Positions 35,741 through 45,772 of a DNA stretch of 64,000 bases are shown piece after piece. Origin of the DNA: an uncultured Thermomicrobiales bacterium (GTDB lineage: Bacteria; Chloroflexota; Chloroflexia; Thermomicrobiales; CFX8). The notes under the pieces are model-generated. The model was not told the origin of the DNA. It saw only the letters and a program-made list of their open reading frames with translations, and searched no databases. The first letter of the stretch is position 1. Each line of letters opens with the position of its first letter. A program made the translations under genes and the position numbers. The stretch covers positions 152,783 to 216,782 of the forward strand of contig CAYWXR010000002.1 in the NCBI GenBank assembly GCA_964462545.1, read 5' to 3'.

Positions 35741-36613
35741 TCAGGAATGTGAAGCCACGTATTCGGCCTTGATATCGGGAATACGTGCCGCTGCCTGATC
35801 AAGAACGGCGCGGTTGTCGTTGTCCGGGAATCGGAAATAGATCTCGCTTGCGCCCGCGGCGATGTAATCGCTCACATGTTTGCGCCAGACATCGACGCTG
35901 GCGAACGGATCGCCCCCGAGGACACCGGCGAAGGCAAAACCTGACCGGCGGATTGATGCCGGGTCACGGCCGATATCTTCGCAGTGCTGGTCAAGGACTT
36001 TGCCGAACTCCGCCATTTTCTCCGGGTTGTGGTTCACGTTCCAGATATCGGCAAACTCGGCAACGACCCGCAGCATGCGGGGCTGCTGGGCGCCAATCAT
36101 GATCGGCAGATGTTCCTGTACCGGCTTTGGCTGGAACGGGGCATCGTCGAGTTGGTAGTACTTGCCGTTGAAGGTTGTCCGATGCCGGGTGACCAGCGAA
36201 CGGATAATCTGGACTGACTCCCTCAGCATGTCCACCCGGACACCGGCGCGAGGCAGGTCCCACCCATAGGCTTGATGCTCGCGGACATACCAACCGGCTC
36301 CAATACCCAGATCAACCCGGCCGCCGGAGATATGGTCGAGCGTGGTTGCCTGCTTTGCGAGCAGCACCGGGTTTCGATAGGTGTTGCCGCTGACCAGGAT
36401 TGCCAGTCGCACCCGGGGAATCCTGCTTGCCAGCGCCGAAATCAGTGTCCAGCCCTCGTGAAAATCCCCGTCTTCGTCGCCGGCCGTTGGCATGAAGTGG
36501 TCGACCATGCCGGCGCAGTCGAACCCGAGTACCTCGATCGCTTCCCATTGCTCCAGGATGGTTGCCCACGGACGGTTCTGGCCGGTAAAGATGCCGATTC
36601 GCAGGTCAGACAC
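35741..36613 (-). CDS. LLM-family oxidoreductase (F420/FMN-dependent)
   Basis: 290 aa. GFDCAGMVDH and RVDLGIGAGW give the LLM pattern. Confidence 0.85.
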   Translation of the reverse strand: MSDLRIGIFTGQNRPWATILEQWEAIEVLGFDCAGMVDHFMPTAGDEDGDFHEGWTLISALASRIPRVRLAILVSGNTYRNPVLLAKQATTLDHISGGRVDLGIGAGWYVREHQAYGWDLPRAGVRVDMLRESVQIIRSLVTRHRTTFNGKYYQLDDAPFQPKPVQEHLPIMIGAQQPRMLRVVAEFADIWNVNHNPEKMAEFGKVLDQHCEDIGRDPASIRRSGFAFAGVLGGDPFASVDVWRKHVSDYIAAGASEIYFRFPDNDNRAVLDQAAARIPDIKAEYVASHS

Positions 36614-36749
36614 TGAGTAAACCTTTCGTTCGAAACCCGGAGCAACGAGAATATCCTGCGCCCCGATGACGTTTGAGTCGATGAGGATGCATGCTGTGCA
36701 GGCAGTATAGTCGAGAGAACAACGCAGATATTCAGGACAGGGGAGTATT

Positions 36750-37610
36750 GTGAAGATCGGTGTGATTTTCCCGCAGATCGAGTGGCCGGCGGACCCCGGC
36801 GCAGTGAAGGCGTATGCCCAGGCAGCCGAGGAACTGGATTACAGCCACGTGCTGGTTTACGACCATGTGCTTGGAGCAGACCTCACCAACCGCCCGGGTT
36901 GGACCGGTTCCTATCATATAGGGAACCCGTTCCATGAAGTCTTTGTTCTCTTCGGCTACCTCGCAGCGATCACTTCAAAGATCGAATTGGTTTCCGGCGT
37001 GATCATCCTGCCGCAGCGACAGACAGCACTGGTTGCCAAGCAGGCCGCCGAAATCGATGTCTTGAGCAACGGGAGATTGCGCCTGGGTGTCGGCATTGGC
37101 TGGAACGATGTGGAATACACCGCGCTGAACGAGAACTTTCGCAACCGTGGCCGGCGGTTCGAGGAACAAATCGAGGTGTTGCGGAAGCTCTTCACCGAGG
37201 AATCGGTGAATTATCAGGGCAAGTACCACACAATCCCGGAAGCCGGTCTCAACCCGATGCCGGTGCAGCAACCGATTCCGATCTGGATTGGCGGGCGTTC
37301 GAAACCGGCTCTCGAGCGAGCTGGCCGGATTGCCGATGGCTGGTTCCCGCAGTTGCCTCCGGGCCCGGGGCTGGATGAGTTCATCAGTTGGGTGAACGCC
37401 GGCGCCGAGTCGGTCGGTCGCGACCCATCGACGATCAAGATGGAAGGGCGCTACTCGCTCGCCGGCACCAATCCGGACGATTGGCAGGCGACAGTCGATA
37501 CCTGGCGCAACCTCGGTGCCGCCTATCTCTCGATCAACACCATGGGCATGGGGCTATCGCCGGAAGGTCACATCGACATGATCCGCCGGTTCCGGGAAAC
37601 AGTCCGCTAG
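36750..37610 (+). CDS. LLM-family oxidoreductase (probable F420-dependent subgroup)
   Basis: GTG start with GGGGAG 4 nt upstream. VKIGVIFPQ, RLRLGVGIGWN and GRRFEEQIEVLRKL give the LLM pattern. Confidence 0.85.
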   Translation: MKIGVIFPQIEWPADPGAVKAYAQAAEELDYSHVLVYDHVLGADLTNRPGWTGSYHIGNPFHEVFVLFGYLAAITSKIELVSGVIILPQRQTALVAKQAAEIDVLSNGRLRLGVGIGWNDVEYTALNENFRNRGRRFEEQIEVLRKLFTEESVNYQGKYHTIPEAGLNPMPVQQPIPIWIGGRSKPALERAGRIADGWFPQLPPGPGLDEFISWVNAGAESVGRDPSTIKMEGRYSLAGTNPDDWQATVDTWRNLGAAYLSINTMGMGLSPEGHIDMIRRFRETVR

Positions 37611-37623
37611 GTTCAGGGTTCGT

Positions 37624-39030
37624 CTAGCTGTTGATCCGATCGAGCAGTGCTGCCGCTTCCCGCCGGGCGTTGCCGATGCAATCGGGAATGCCAACGCCCC
37701 GGTAGGCTGAGCCGGTAACGGCCAGGCGCGGGTGGTCGGTGAGCACTCGCTCGATCCGCTCCAGACGGTCCTTGTGGCCGATGTTGTATTGTGGAAGTGC
37801 GTTGTGCCAGCGGAATGATTTCGCCATGATCGGCTCGGCCGTAATGCCGGTGATCCTGGCAAGTTCACTCCGGACAAGGTCGATGAGTTCATCTTCCGGC
37901 AAGAAAGCAGTTTCTTCCTGCCCGGCACGGCCGACAAAGCCGCGCAACAGGGCAATACCTTCCGGAACCCGCCCGGCAAACTTGTTCGACGACCAGGTGA
38001 CAGCAGTCAGTTTGCGTCCCTCAACCCGCGGGATCACGAATCCACGGCCGCCTTGCCTGCCCTCGATTTCCGCCTGCCGGAACGCCATTGAAACGGTGGC
38101 CGATGAGACGTAGGGGATCTCCCGCAAGGTTATCGCCAGGTCGGGAATCAGCGGTTCCACCAGATTGGCCGTTGCCGGTGCCGGTGTCGCCAGAATCACT
38201 CCGTCGACAAACAGGTTGCTGCCATCAGAGAGCGTAACCCGGTAGCCGTTGTTCTCCGGTTCGATGGCAGACAGGGCAGTTTCACGACGGATATCGCTCG
38301 GTTCAAGTTCAACCAGTAGCCGGTCGATCAATTCGCCCAGACCACCTTGAAGGCTGACGAATGGTGAGTATCGTGGTGCCGGCGAACCGGTGCGCTGTCT
38401 TGCCGCCTTGCGCTGGGCAATCGCACCCTTGATGATGCCGCCATACTGGCGTTCGACATCCATCAACCGTGGAAACGTGGATTGCACGCTGAGTTTCGAT
38501 GCATCGCCGGCGTAGATGCCGGAGAGCAGGGGCTCTGCCAGTTGCTCGAATGCCTGTCGGCCCATTCGACGCTTGACGAAATCGCCGACTGATTCATCCC
38601 CGCCCGACTTTTTCGCCGGAATGACGTAATCCATCAGCAGGCGAAGTTTGCCAAGTGGTGTGAGCAGGGGCGTGGTGGCCACCGCCTTGAACTGGGTCGG
38701 GACCAGGAGCGTAATGCCTTCCGGCAATGGCACAAGACGGCCCTTGCGAAGGATGAAGGTACCCCCGCCATCCGGCCGGGTGTTGATTACCCGGTCCTGA
38801 AGGCCAAGACGTTCGATCAGTTTGATGCCATCCGGTTTGCTGGAAAGGAACGAGTCTGGTCCGGTATCCACCTGGCAGCCGTCGATGATCTCGGTGTGGA
38901 GCGGACCACCGAACCGGCTGCCGGCTTCAACCAGTGTGACCGCCGCCCCCTGGTCCTGCAGTTCAAGCGCAGCCGACAGGCCGGAAATGCCACCTCCGGC
39001 GACCAGAATGTGCGGTCGTTGCTCAGCCAT
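37624..39030 (-). CDS. hemY: Protoporphyrinogen/coproporphyrinogen III oxidase (HemY/CgoX)
   Basis: MAEQRPHILVAGGGISGLSAA (FAD dinucleotide fold), HemY-like throughout. It overlaps the hemH stop by 8 nt. Confidence 0.9.
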   Translation of the reverse strand: MAEQRPHILVAGGGISGLSAALELQDQGAAVTLVEAGSRFGGPLHTEIIDGCQVDTGPDSFLSSKPDGIKLIERLGLQDRVINTRPDGGGTFILRKGRLVPLPEGITLLVPTQFKAVATTPLLTPLGKLRLLMDYVIPAKKSGGDESVGDFVKRRMGRQAFEQLAEPLLSGIYAGDASKLSVQSTFPRLMDVERQYGGIIKGAIAQRKAARQRTGSPAPRYSPFVSLQGGLGELIDRLLVELEPSDIRRETALSAIEPENNGYRVTLSDGSNLFVDGVILATPAPATANLVEPLIPDLAITLREIPYVSSATVSMAFRQAEIEGRQGGRGFVIPRVEGRKLTAVTWSSNKFAGRVPEGIALLRGFVGRAGQEETAFLPEDELIDLVRSELARITGITAEPIMAKSFRWHNALPQYNIGHKDRLERIERVLTDHPRLAVTGSAYRGVGIPDCIGNARREAAALLDRINS

Positions 39031-39970
39031 GACGGACTGCCGACTCCGCAAGGGATGCCCGGACAGCGCTGGCAACTGCCTCGACGAGGCCGTCGTCGTC
39101 GTTCAGCATCTCGGGGCGTTCCAGCCGGATGCCGAGTTCCGCCGCCTGTTCCTTGTGTTCGACATCCACATCAAAGAGCACCTCGACGTGGTCACAGACG
39201 AACCCGAACGGGATCAACAACAGATTCTTGTGCCCTTCTTCCTTGAGGACTTCGAGGGTCTCCTCAACAGACGGGCCAAGCCAGGGATCGGCCGTGGATC
39301 CGGCGCTCTGGAATGCGAAACGGTAATTCCTTGGCTTGAGCCTGGCGGCGACGAGTTCCATCGAGGCTTCGAGTTCCTGCGGGTACTGGTCGCCGGATTC
39401 CAGGATGCGTGCCGGGAGGGAGTGGGCAGTGAAGACCAGCGGCACATCGGCCCGTTCATCTTCGGCGAAGTGCTTCTCCAGGGCCTCGGTGACCTTGCGG
39501 GCTACTGCATCAATGAATGCCGGTTCGTCTTTCCAGCTACGGACCTGGGTGACCGGAATGTCTGCACCTGCAGCCGCGAGAGCCTTGTCGAGTTTGCCCA
39601 TGTAGGCGCCAACGCTCATCCGGCTGTAATGCGGGGCCATCACGATCGCCGCAATCTCGGTGACGCCATCGGCGATCATCTGCGGCACAACGTCTTCAAT
39701 AAACGGGTGCCAGTGACGCATGCCAACGTAGGTCTTGAACGTGACGTCGTTGGCGTCCTGGTTGAGGACTGCTTCAACCTTCGCAGCCTGGGCGCGGGTA
39801 ATGTCCAGAATCGGGGAGCGTCCACCAATGACGCGGTACCGCTCGGTGATTTCGTCGATCAGTTCCTGAGATGTTGGCCGGCCGCCCCGGATATCGGCCA
39901 GAAACGGTTTGACCTCGTCGAGCGACTCGGGACCACCGTAGGCCATGAGGATGACGCCGATCTTGCGCAT
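39023..39970 (-). CDS. hemH: Ferrochelatase (coproporphyrin ferrochelatase type likely)
   Basis: MRKIGVILMAYGGPESLDEVKPFL, FTAHSLP, CDHVEVLFDVD. Confidence 0.92.
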   Translation of the reverse strand: MRKIGVILMAYGGPESLDEVKPFLADIRGGRPTSQELIDEITERYRVIGGRSPILDITRAQAAKVEAVLNQDANDVTFKTYVGMRHWHPFIEDVVPQMIADGVTEIAAIVMAPHYSRMSVGAYMGKLDKALAAAGADIPVTQVRSWKDEPAFIDAVARKVTEALEKHFAEDERADVPLVFTAHSLPARILESGDQYPQELEASMELVAARLKPRNYRFAFQSAGSTADPWLGPSVEETLEVLKEEGHKNLLLIPFGFVCDHVEVLFDVDVEHKEQAAELGIRLERPEMLNDDDGLVEAVASAVRASLAESAVRHG

Positions 39971-40007
39971 GGGTCTGCCCTTGCCTTCCAGGTTTTCTAG
40001 CGTGTGT

Positions 40008-41042
40008 CTACTTCACCTCATAGTTGTGAACCATCTCGACCACTGCCTGGACAGCTTCGACCGGCGTCCCCGGCAGGATGCCATGGCCAAGATTGAAGAT
40101 GTGTCCCGGGCGTCCGCCTGCCTGTTCAAGAATGTCGTGAACCCGGGCGCGAAGTTCGTGTTCCGGTGCAAAGAAGGTGATCGGATCCAGGTTGCCCTGG
40201 ATAGCCCGGTCGTGTCCGATGATCTCCCATGCGCGATCCAGGCGGATGCGCCAGTCAGCACCGACGACAGTAGAGCCTGCCTCGGCGATGACATCCAGCA
40301 TTCCGGCAGTGTTGGTACCGAACATGATGGTCGGGACACCGGTGTCCTCAAGATTCTCGAAGATGCGTTGGGTGGCCGGCAGCACATACCGGCGGTAATC
40401 GGCCGGCGACAGTGCGCCAGCCCAGGAATCGAACACCTGGACACACTGGGCACCTGCCTCGATCTGTGCGCGCAGGTAGTCAGTTGTCATGCTGGCCAGC
40501 TTGTCCATCAGGAGTTGCCAGGCCGGCTCGTCGGTGTACATCAATGTCTTGGTGGTCTGGTAGTTGCGCGAGGCGCCGCCTTCGATAGCATAGGAAGCCA
40601 TCGTGAAGAGTCCGCCGGCAAAACCAATCAAGGCAACTTCACCGGCAAGCTGATCGCGCACCATGCTGATTGCATCGAGCGTCGGCTTCAGGGTAACTGC
40701 CGGGTCAAAGGAAGTCAGCGCTTCTATATCACTGCTGGTCCGGATCGGGTTGTGGATGATTGGTCCTTCGCCGGCCGCATATTCCAGGTTCAGACCCATT
40801 GGAACAAGCGGTGGCAGGATGTCGGCAAAGATGATGGCTGCGTCGACCGGCATTTGCTCGATCGGCAGCATGGTGACCCGGGCAGATAATTCGGCGCTGT
40901 CGATGATGTCGAGGATGCGGTGGTTTTCGCGTATCGCTCGATATCCAGCCTGATACCGCCCCGCCTGGCGCATAAACCAGACCGGAGTACGGTCTACCGG
41001 TTCACAACGGCAGGCCGCAAGAAATCTCTCTGATTGTCGCAC
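40008..41042 (-). CDS. hemE: Uroporphyrinogen decarboxylase
   Basis: RTPVWFMRQAGRY is the HemE signature, and the 344-aa length fits. Confidence 0.95.
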   Translation of the reverse strand: MRQSERFLAACRCEPVDRTPVWFMRQAGRYQAGYRAIRENHRILDIIDSAELSARVTMLPIEQMPVDAAIIFADILPPLVPMGLNLEYAAGEGPIIHNPIRTSSDIEALTSFDPAVTLKPTLDAISMVRDQLAGEVALIGFAGGLFTMASYAIEGGASRNYQTTKTLMYTDEPAWQLLMDKLASMTTDYLRAQIEAGAQCVQVFDSWAGALSPADYRRYVLPATQRIFENLEDTGVPTIMFGTNTAGMLDVIAEAGSTVVGADWRIRLDRAWEIIGHDRAIQGNLDPITFFAPEHELRARVHDILEQAGGRPGHIFNLGHGILPGTPVEAVQAVVEMVHNYEVK

Positions 41043-41225
41043 TGGTACCTCGCTTACAAGATCCCCAAGTCTCCCCCAACCCGGATTGTACCAATCCCCG
41101 CCGAACGGCTCTGCTTGTCAGAAGGCAGGGAGTGCCACCTTGTCGCCGGGTATTGAGGCGACATAAAGCACCGAATGTGCTGAACCATTGACTGATTCTG
41201 GGTGGAACATTGCCAATTTTCAGAA

Positions 41226-41280
41226 TTTTGGAATCAATTTCCAAAAAACACTTGACAATCAGAACGATTAGGAATAATAT
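41226..41280 (+). promoter_or_regulatory. Near-consensus sigma-70 promoter with an abutting AT-rich palindrome (operator candidate)
   Basis: TTGACA (41252-41257), N17, TAATAT (41275-41280). Immediately upstream lies TTTTGGAA-tcaat-TTCCAAAA (41226-41246). This is the only strongly AT-rich patch in the region. Confidence 0.65.
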
Positions 41281-41360
41281 CTCGCTAACGAGACAAAGAC
41301 GGTCTCGAAATGATCAGATTCAGGATGGATCTGGCGACATCTGCGAAGAAGGGGAACACA

Positions 41361-41555
41361 ATGACTATGCAGTCTCTCGTAATCGAACATCTGGCCATCG
41401 ACCACCGTGCATCGCTCCAGGAATCGGCCAGCCGCTCCCGGCGGTTCGTTTCGGTCGGCAACGGAGGCGCAAGCCGGTCGGTTGTTTCCCGGGTCTCCGG
41501 ATGGTTCAAGTCGCTGGTGGCGCCGGTCTACCGCCCGGCTGTTACCGACCGCTAG
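41361..41555 (+). CDS. 64-aa Ser/Arg/Val-rich ORF of unknown function (leader peptide or small protein)
   Basis: ATG at 41361 with AAGGGG 6 nt upstream. About 75% G/C at third codon positions, like neighbouring genes. The stop lies 30 nt before the ABC ATPase GTG. No recognisable motif and no Cys. Confidence 0.5.
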   Translation: MTMQSLVIEHLAIDHRASLQESASRSRRFVSVGNGGASRSVVSRVSGWFKSLVAPVYRPAVTDR

Positions 41556-41585
41556 TTCACATTTGAGTCAGGGAAGGCTGTAACG

Positions 41586-42581
41586 GTGAGCCAGCAACCC
41601 GCGCCAGCAATTCAGGCCATTAACCTGCACCGCACATTCGAGGCGAACCGGAAGCTGTTCCGGAAAGGCGAGATCGTCACTGCTGTGGAAGATGTCAGTC
41701 TCAACGTCGAGCCCGGCATCATCTACGGACTCCTGGGGCCAAACGGCGCCGGAAAGACCACGACGATCAAGATGCTCTCGACGCTTCTGGTTCCCACATC
41801 CGGAAGGGCACTGGTTGCAGGATATGACGTGGCACACGAAGCGCGTGAGGTTCGCAAGCGGCTTGGCGTGGTGCTCGGCGGCGACCGGGGACTGTACGGC
41901 AAGCTGACCGCCCGGGACAATCTCACCTATTTCGGCCATCTCTACGGTATGAATCGACGCGAAATTCCCGGGCGGGTTGAGGAGATGCTCAAGCTCGTTG
42001 AACTTGGGCACCGGGCCGACCATCGGGTGGAGGGCTTCTCCCGCGGGATGAAGCAACGGGTGCATCTGGCAAAGGCGCTACTGCACAATCCACCTGTGGT
42101 CTTCCTGGACGAACCTTCCATTGGGCTGGATCCGGCGGCGGCTGTTGCCGTTCGTCAGATCATCGCCCGGCTCGTGCCACAACACACCGTCTTGCTTACC
42201 ACGCATTATCTTCACGAAGCCGATGAACTTTGCTCCCGGATAGCCATCATCGATCATGGACGGATCCTCGTCGAAGACACCCCCGACGGGATCAAACGCC
42301 GGGTCGGCGGTGAGCAGCGCCTCGTTGTCCGCGTCCACGGCAACCACAACGGTGTTGTTGCCGGTGCCCTGCGCTGCCTGCCGTCGGTTCGTGCAGTCGA
42401 GACGGTACCGACCGGCCTGGGCGAGACGACCTTCAATATCAGTTGCGACAAGGAGGCGGCCGTCCTGAACGACGTTGTTGGGTCGTTGATTGAACGTGGC
42501 ATTCGTGTCTCGTCGATCCAGGCCGCCGACCCGACCCTGGAAGACGCTTTCCTCGCGCTGACGAACGGAGGCGGCGAGTGA
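41586..42581 (+). CDS. ABC-2-type exporter ATP-binding protein (DrrA-like)
   Basis: Walker A GPNGAGKTT, signature FSRGMKQRVHLAKAL, Walker B VFLDEPSIGLD, and a C-terminal extension typical of DrrA-like ATPases. Confidence 0.92.
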   Translation: MSQQPAPAIQAINLHRTFEANRKLFRKGEIVTAVEDVSLNVEPGIIYGLLGPNGAGKTTTIKMLSTLLVPTSGRALVAGYDVAHEAREVRKRLGVVLGGDRGLYGKLTARDNLTYFGHLYGMNRREIPGRVEEMLKLVELGHRADHRVEGFSRGMKQRVHLAKALLHNPPVVFLDEPSIGLDPAAAVAVRQIIARLVPQHTVLLTTHYLHEADELCSRIAIIDHGRILVEDTPDGIKRRVGGEQRLVVRVHGNHNGVVAGALRCLPSVRAVETVPTGLGETTFNISCDKEAAVLNDVVGSLIERGIRVSSIQAADPTLEDAFLALTNGGGE

Positions 42582-43396
42582 ATGCGTTCACCGGGTCGGC
42601 CGGGTTCATTCCGGTGACGATTGCAACCACTATCGCCCACACCCGCAGAACCTGCGCCTATCTGATCGAGGTCGTTCGCTGGCCACTCTCTCCGGTGATC
42701 TTCTTTATAACGATGCTTCTGACCTATCGGGCCTCCGGAGTGGAGACGGCAAACGGTTACGACGTCGAGGGGTTCCTCCTGGTCGGCTCCATCGGGATCG
42801 TCCTCTGGCTGGCGATCATCTGGTCTGGTGGTTACGCCGTGGAGTTTGAGCGCGGTGAGGGGACGATCAACTCGCTGTTTCTGACCCCTTCCAGCAGGTC
42901 AGGAGTGGTTCTTGGTTACAGCCTTTCGGCACTCGGCCTGTTCATCCTGCCGTCCTCACTGATTGTGACGCTCCTGGCGGTGATATCCGGAGCCCGGTTC
43001 GACATCGCCAGCCCACTGGCCGTGCTGCTGTCACTGTTCGCCCTGGTGTTCGGGGCGTTGGCGCTTGGACATTTGCTGGCCGGCGGTTTTGTCCTGACTC
43101 GCCGGGCGAACCTGTGGGCCAACTTTCTGCAGTCACCGATCATGCTGTTGAGCGGCATGGTGGTGCCGGTCTCTGAACTCCCCGGATGGCTCGCCTGGTT
43201 TGCCCGTCTGTTTCCGATCAGCGCCGGCATGGATGCGCTCCGCATGTCATTACTCGCCGGGGCAGGTATGTCCGATATCGCCGGGCCGCTGGCTCGCCTG
43301 GCGCTCTCGTCGGTGATCGCCCTGGTGATTGGCACAGTGTTGCTTTGGAGAGTGGAAGATGTTGCAAAGCGCAGCGGCAAGTTCGATCTCGAGTGA
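42578..43396 (+). CDS. ABC-2 family transporter permease 1
   Basis: 272 aa with about 6 TM segments. ATGA-type 4-nt overlap with the ATPase stop. Confidence 0.85.
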   Translation: MNAFTGSAGFIPVTIATTIAHTRRTCAYLIEVVRWPLSPVIFFITMLLTYRASGVETANGYDVEGFLLVGSIGIVLWLAIIWSGGYAVEFERGEGTINSLFLTPSSRSGVVLGYSLSALGLFILPSSLIVTLLAVISGARFDIASPLAVLLSLFALVFGALALGHLLAGGFVLTRRANLWANFLQSPIMLLSGMVVPVSELPGWLAWFARLFPISAGMDALRMSLLAGAGMSDIAGPLARLALSSVIALVIGTVLLWRVEDVAKRSGKFDLE

Positions 43397-44171
43397 GTTA
43401 CGGGCCGCCTGGGCTGCATGGCAGGTCATGTTCCGGGAGCGGTTCTATCTCTATGGTCGTAGTTATGCCCTGGACTGGATGATCCGCCCGGTCTTCGACC
43501 TTTCGATTGCTGCGCTGATCTATGCTGCCGGCAACCGGGAGTACATCCCGTACGTGATTGTCGCCCTGGCTGCGAATTCTCTCCTCTTCCGGGCTGTCTA
43601 CTGGGTAGGTGAAGTGCTGGATCACGAACGGTTGCGGGGTACGTTGCCGTCACTCTTCCTGGCTCCCTGCTCACGCTACGCCTGGATGGCCGGGTACACC
43701 GCAGCCGCGATCGGTGAGACCCTGATCCGGATCATCATCATGCTTGCGGCAGGGTACATCCTGTTCGACGTCACCTTTGACCCGAATGTCCTGACGCTGG
43801 CTATCGTGTTGCCGCTGTACCTGCTCTCGTTGTCTGGTCTCGCTTTGGTATTAAGTGGCATCGGACTCATCATCAAGCGCGCCAATGCCCTGTCGAACCT
43901 GGTGAGTCCAATCCTGATTCTGCTGGGTGGCGTCTACTTTCCGGTGTCGCAGTTGCCTGACGGCCTGCGCTGGATCGCCCGGGCATTGCCGGTTGGTTAC
44001 GGCATGGAGGCGATCTCCGCCGCGACGATTGACCACGCCCCGCTTGGTTCGTTGGCTTCCTCGGTGCTGCCCCTGGTCGGGTTTGCCATTGTCTCTCCGG
44101 TGATCGGCATCCTGGCATTCAACTACCTTGACCACCTGGTTCGTTCCCGCGGTGAAGTGGATCTGTATTAG
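43359..44171 (+). CDS. ABC-2 family transporter permease 2
   Basis: About 270 aa with about 6 TM segments. The start is uncertain (43329 or 43359) and overlaps the end of permease 1. Confidence 0.82.
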   Translation: MLQSAAASSISSELRAAWAAWQVMFRERFYLYGRSYALDWMIRPVFDLSIAALIYAAGNREYIPYVIVALAANSLLFRAVYWVGEVLDHERLRGTLPSLFLAPCSRYAWMAGYTAAAIGETLIRIIIMLAAGYILFDVTFDPNVLTLAIVLPLYLLSLSGLALVLSGIGLIIKRANALSNLVSPILILLGGVYFPVSQLPDGLRWIARALPVGYGMEAISAATIDHAPLGSLASSVLPLVGFAIVSPVIGILAFNYLDHLVRSRGEVDLY

Positions 44172-44173
44172 TC

Positions 44174-45436
44174 ATGAATATCTCCTCCCGAAAAGCCGGT
44201 TTCCCGTTGATAGCTGTGCTGGCGGCACACGGACTGTCGTCATTCGGCAATATGCTGACAGCCTTGGCGATTCCCTGGTTTGTTCTCGAAACGACCGGTA
44301 GTGCAGCCCGAACCGGCCTGACCGCTGCAACAGGTGGCGTCGCGGTGGTGCTGACCGGCATGTTTGGTGGCGCGATCGTCGATCGTCTCGGCTTCCGCAA
44401 GACCAGTTTCATCTCGGATATCGCCAGTGGCCTGACCCTGCTGGCGATCCCTCTCATCCATCTGACGGTCGGCATTTCGTTCTGGCTGTTGCTGGTGCTG
44501 GTGTTGCTCGGGGCGTTGCTGGACATGCCGGGAGTGACCGCACGCCGGAGCATCTTTCCAGAAATTGCCGAACTGGCCGGGATGCGTCTGGAACGCGCCA
44601 ACGCCACCTACCAGATTGTGAACCGCCTGGCCCTCTTGCTTGGCCCGCCGGTTGCCGGCATCCTGATCGCCCTGATTGGCGCCAGCAACGTACTGTTTGT
44701 CACCACGTTGGCCTTTGCCGGCTCTGCACTCCTGATCCTGGCAGGTGTTCCCCGGTCGCTTGAAACACAGGAACACGACGAAGCAGGTGAAACCGGAAGT
44801 TATCTCCAGGATGTTTTGGCCGGTTTCCGGTTCATCCGGGATGAGCGCACCATTCTTTGGGTCATCTCCATGCTGTCCATTGGCGGTCTGATTGCCGAAC
44901 CGCTCTACAGCGTCATCCTGCCGGTCTACGGGCGTGAAGTTCTGGGGAGCGCGCTGGGGTTGGGGTTTGCGTTGGCAGGGCTTGCGCTTGGCTCGATCGT
45001 AGGGAACCTCTTGTACGCCTGGCGCGGATACGAACTCCCCCGACGTCTGTTGATCGTCGGTGGGTTTGCTTCCCGGGCGGTGATCTTCTGGTTACTGGTA
45101 TTGCAGCCGGGAACCTGGATGTTGGCTGTGCTCATGTTCCTGAGCGGCGTGCTGCTGGAGCCCGTGAATCCGGTTTGCCAGACGGTGATGCATGAGCGTG
45201 TTCCCCAGAAGTTCCGTGGACGGGTATTCAGCGCATCTGCCGCGATTGCCATGGCATCGATGCCGGTCGGGTTGATTGCCTACGGGTTCCTGCTGGATGC
45301 AGTCGGGGTGCACTCAACGCTGGTGTTCATGGCGGTGATTAACCTCGTCCTCCCGGTGATCCTCTACTTTAATGCAGCAATTCGACGAATTGAACGCGCA
45401 ATTCCCTCAACAGCACCTGCCATCATGTCAAAGTGA
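44174..45436 (+). CDS. MFS transporter (12 TM, DHA3/enterobactin-exporter-like)
   Basis: 420 aa. Repeated hydrophobic segments and an MFGGAIVDRLGFRK loop (MFS motif A-like). Starts 2 nt after the permease 2 stop. Confidence 0.88.
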   Translation: MNISSRKAGFPLIAVLAAHGLSSFGNMLTALAIPWFVLETTGSAARTGLTAATGGVAVVLTGMFGGAIVDRLGFRKTSFISDIASGLTLLAIPLIHLTVGISFWLLLVLVLLGALLDMPGVTARRSIFPEIAELAGMRLERANATYQIVNRLALLLGPPVAGILIALIGASNVLFVTTLAFAGSALLILAGVPRSLETQEHDEAGETGSYLQDVLAGFRFIRDERTILWVISMLSIGGLIAEPLYSVILPVYGREVLGSALGLGFALAGLALGSIVGNLLYAWRGYELPRRLLIVGGFASRAVIFWLLVLQPGTWMLAVLMFLSGVLLEPVNPVCQTVMHERVPQKFRGRVFSASAAIAMASMPVGLIAYGFLLDAVGVHSTLVFMAVINLVLPVILYFNAAIRRIERAIPSTAPAIMSK

Positions 45437-45485
45437 TGTACGCTTGATTCAATGACAGGGCAGGTGATTGAGGGAAAGGGCCAAC

Positions 45486-45740
45486 ATGACACAACAGCAG
45501 ATCACCGTATATGGCACTGGCTGGTGCGGTGATTGTTTCCGCGCTCGACGCCTGCTGGATTCCCGGAATGTTGCCTATACGTGGATAGACATCACCGGCA
45601 ACGCGGAAGCTACCCGGATTGTCGAACAGGTCAATAACGGAAACCGTAGTGTCCCGACAATCATCTTCCCTGATGGGTCTGTCCTGGTGGAACCGTCCAA
45701 CGCTGAGCTTGAAGCACGGCTCGGCGAGATCCCGGGATAG
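45486..45740 (+). CDS. Glutaredoxin-like / mycoredoxin-like small thiol oxidoreductase
   Basis: MTQQQITVYGTGWCGDCFRARRLL contains the CxxC motif. SVPTIIFPDGS is the cis-Pro region of the thioredoxin fold. 84 aa. Confidence 0.85.
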   Translation: MTQQQITVYGTGWCGDCFRARRLLDSRNVAYTWIDITGNAEATRIVEQVNNGNRSVPTIIFPDGSVLVEPSNAELEARLGEIPG

Positions 45741-45772
45741 ACAGAGGATAGGCTGTCTGAGGAGATGAAGCC

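Noticed and set aside
41361-41555. The 64-aa ORF as a RiPP (lasso or lanthipeptide) precursor
   Set aside because: The cluster has no modifying enzymes (no cyclase, dehydratase or B/C proteins). The peptide has no Cys. No Gly/acidic spacing fits a lasso macrolactam.
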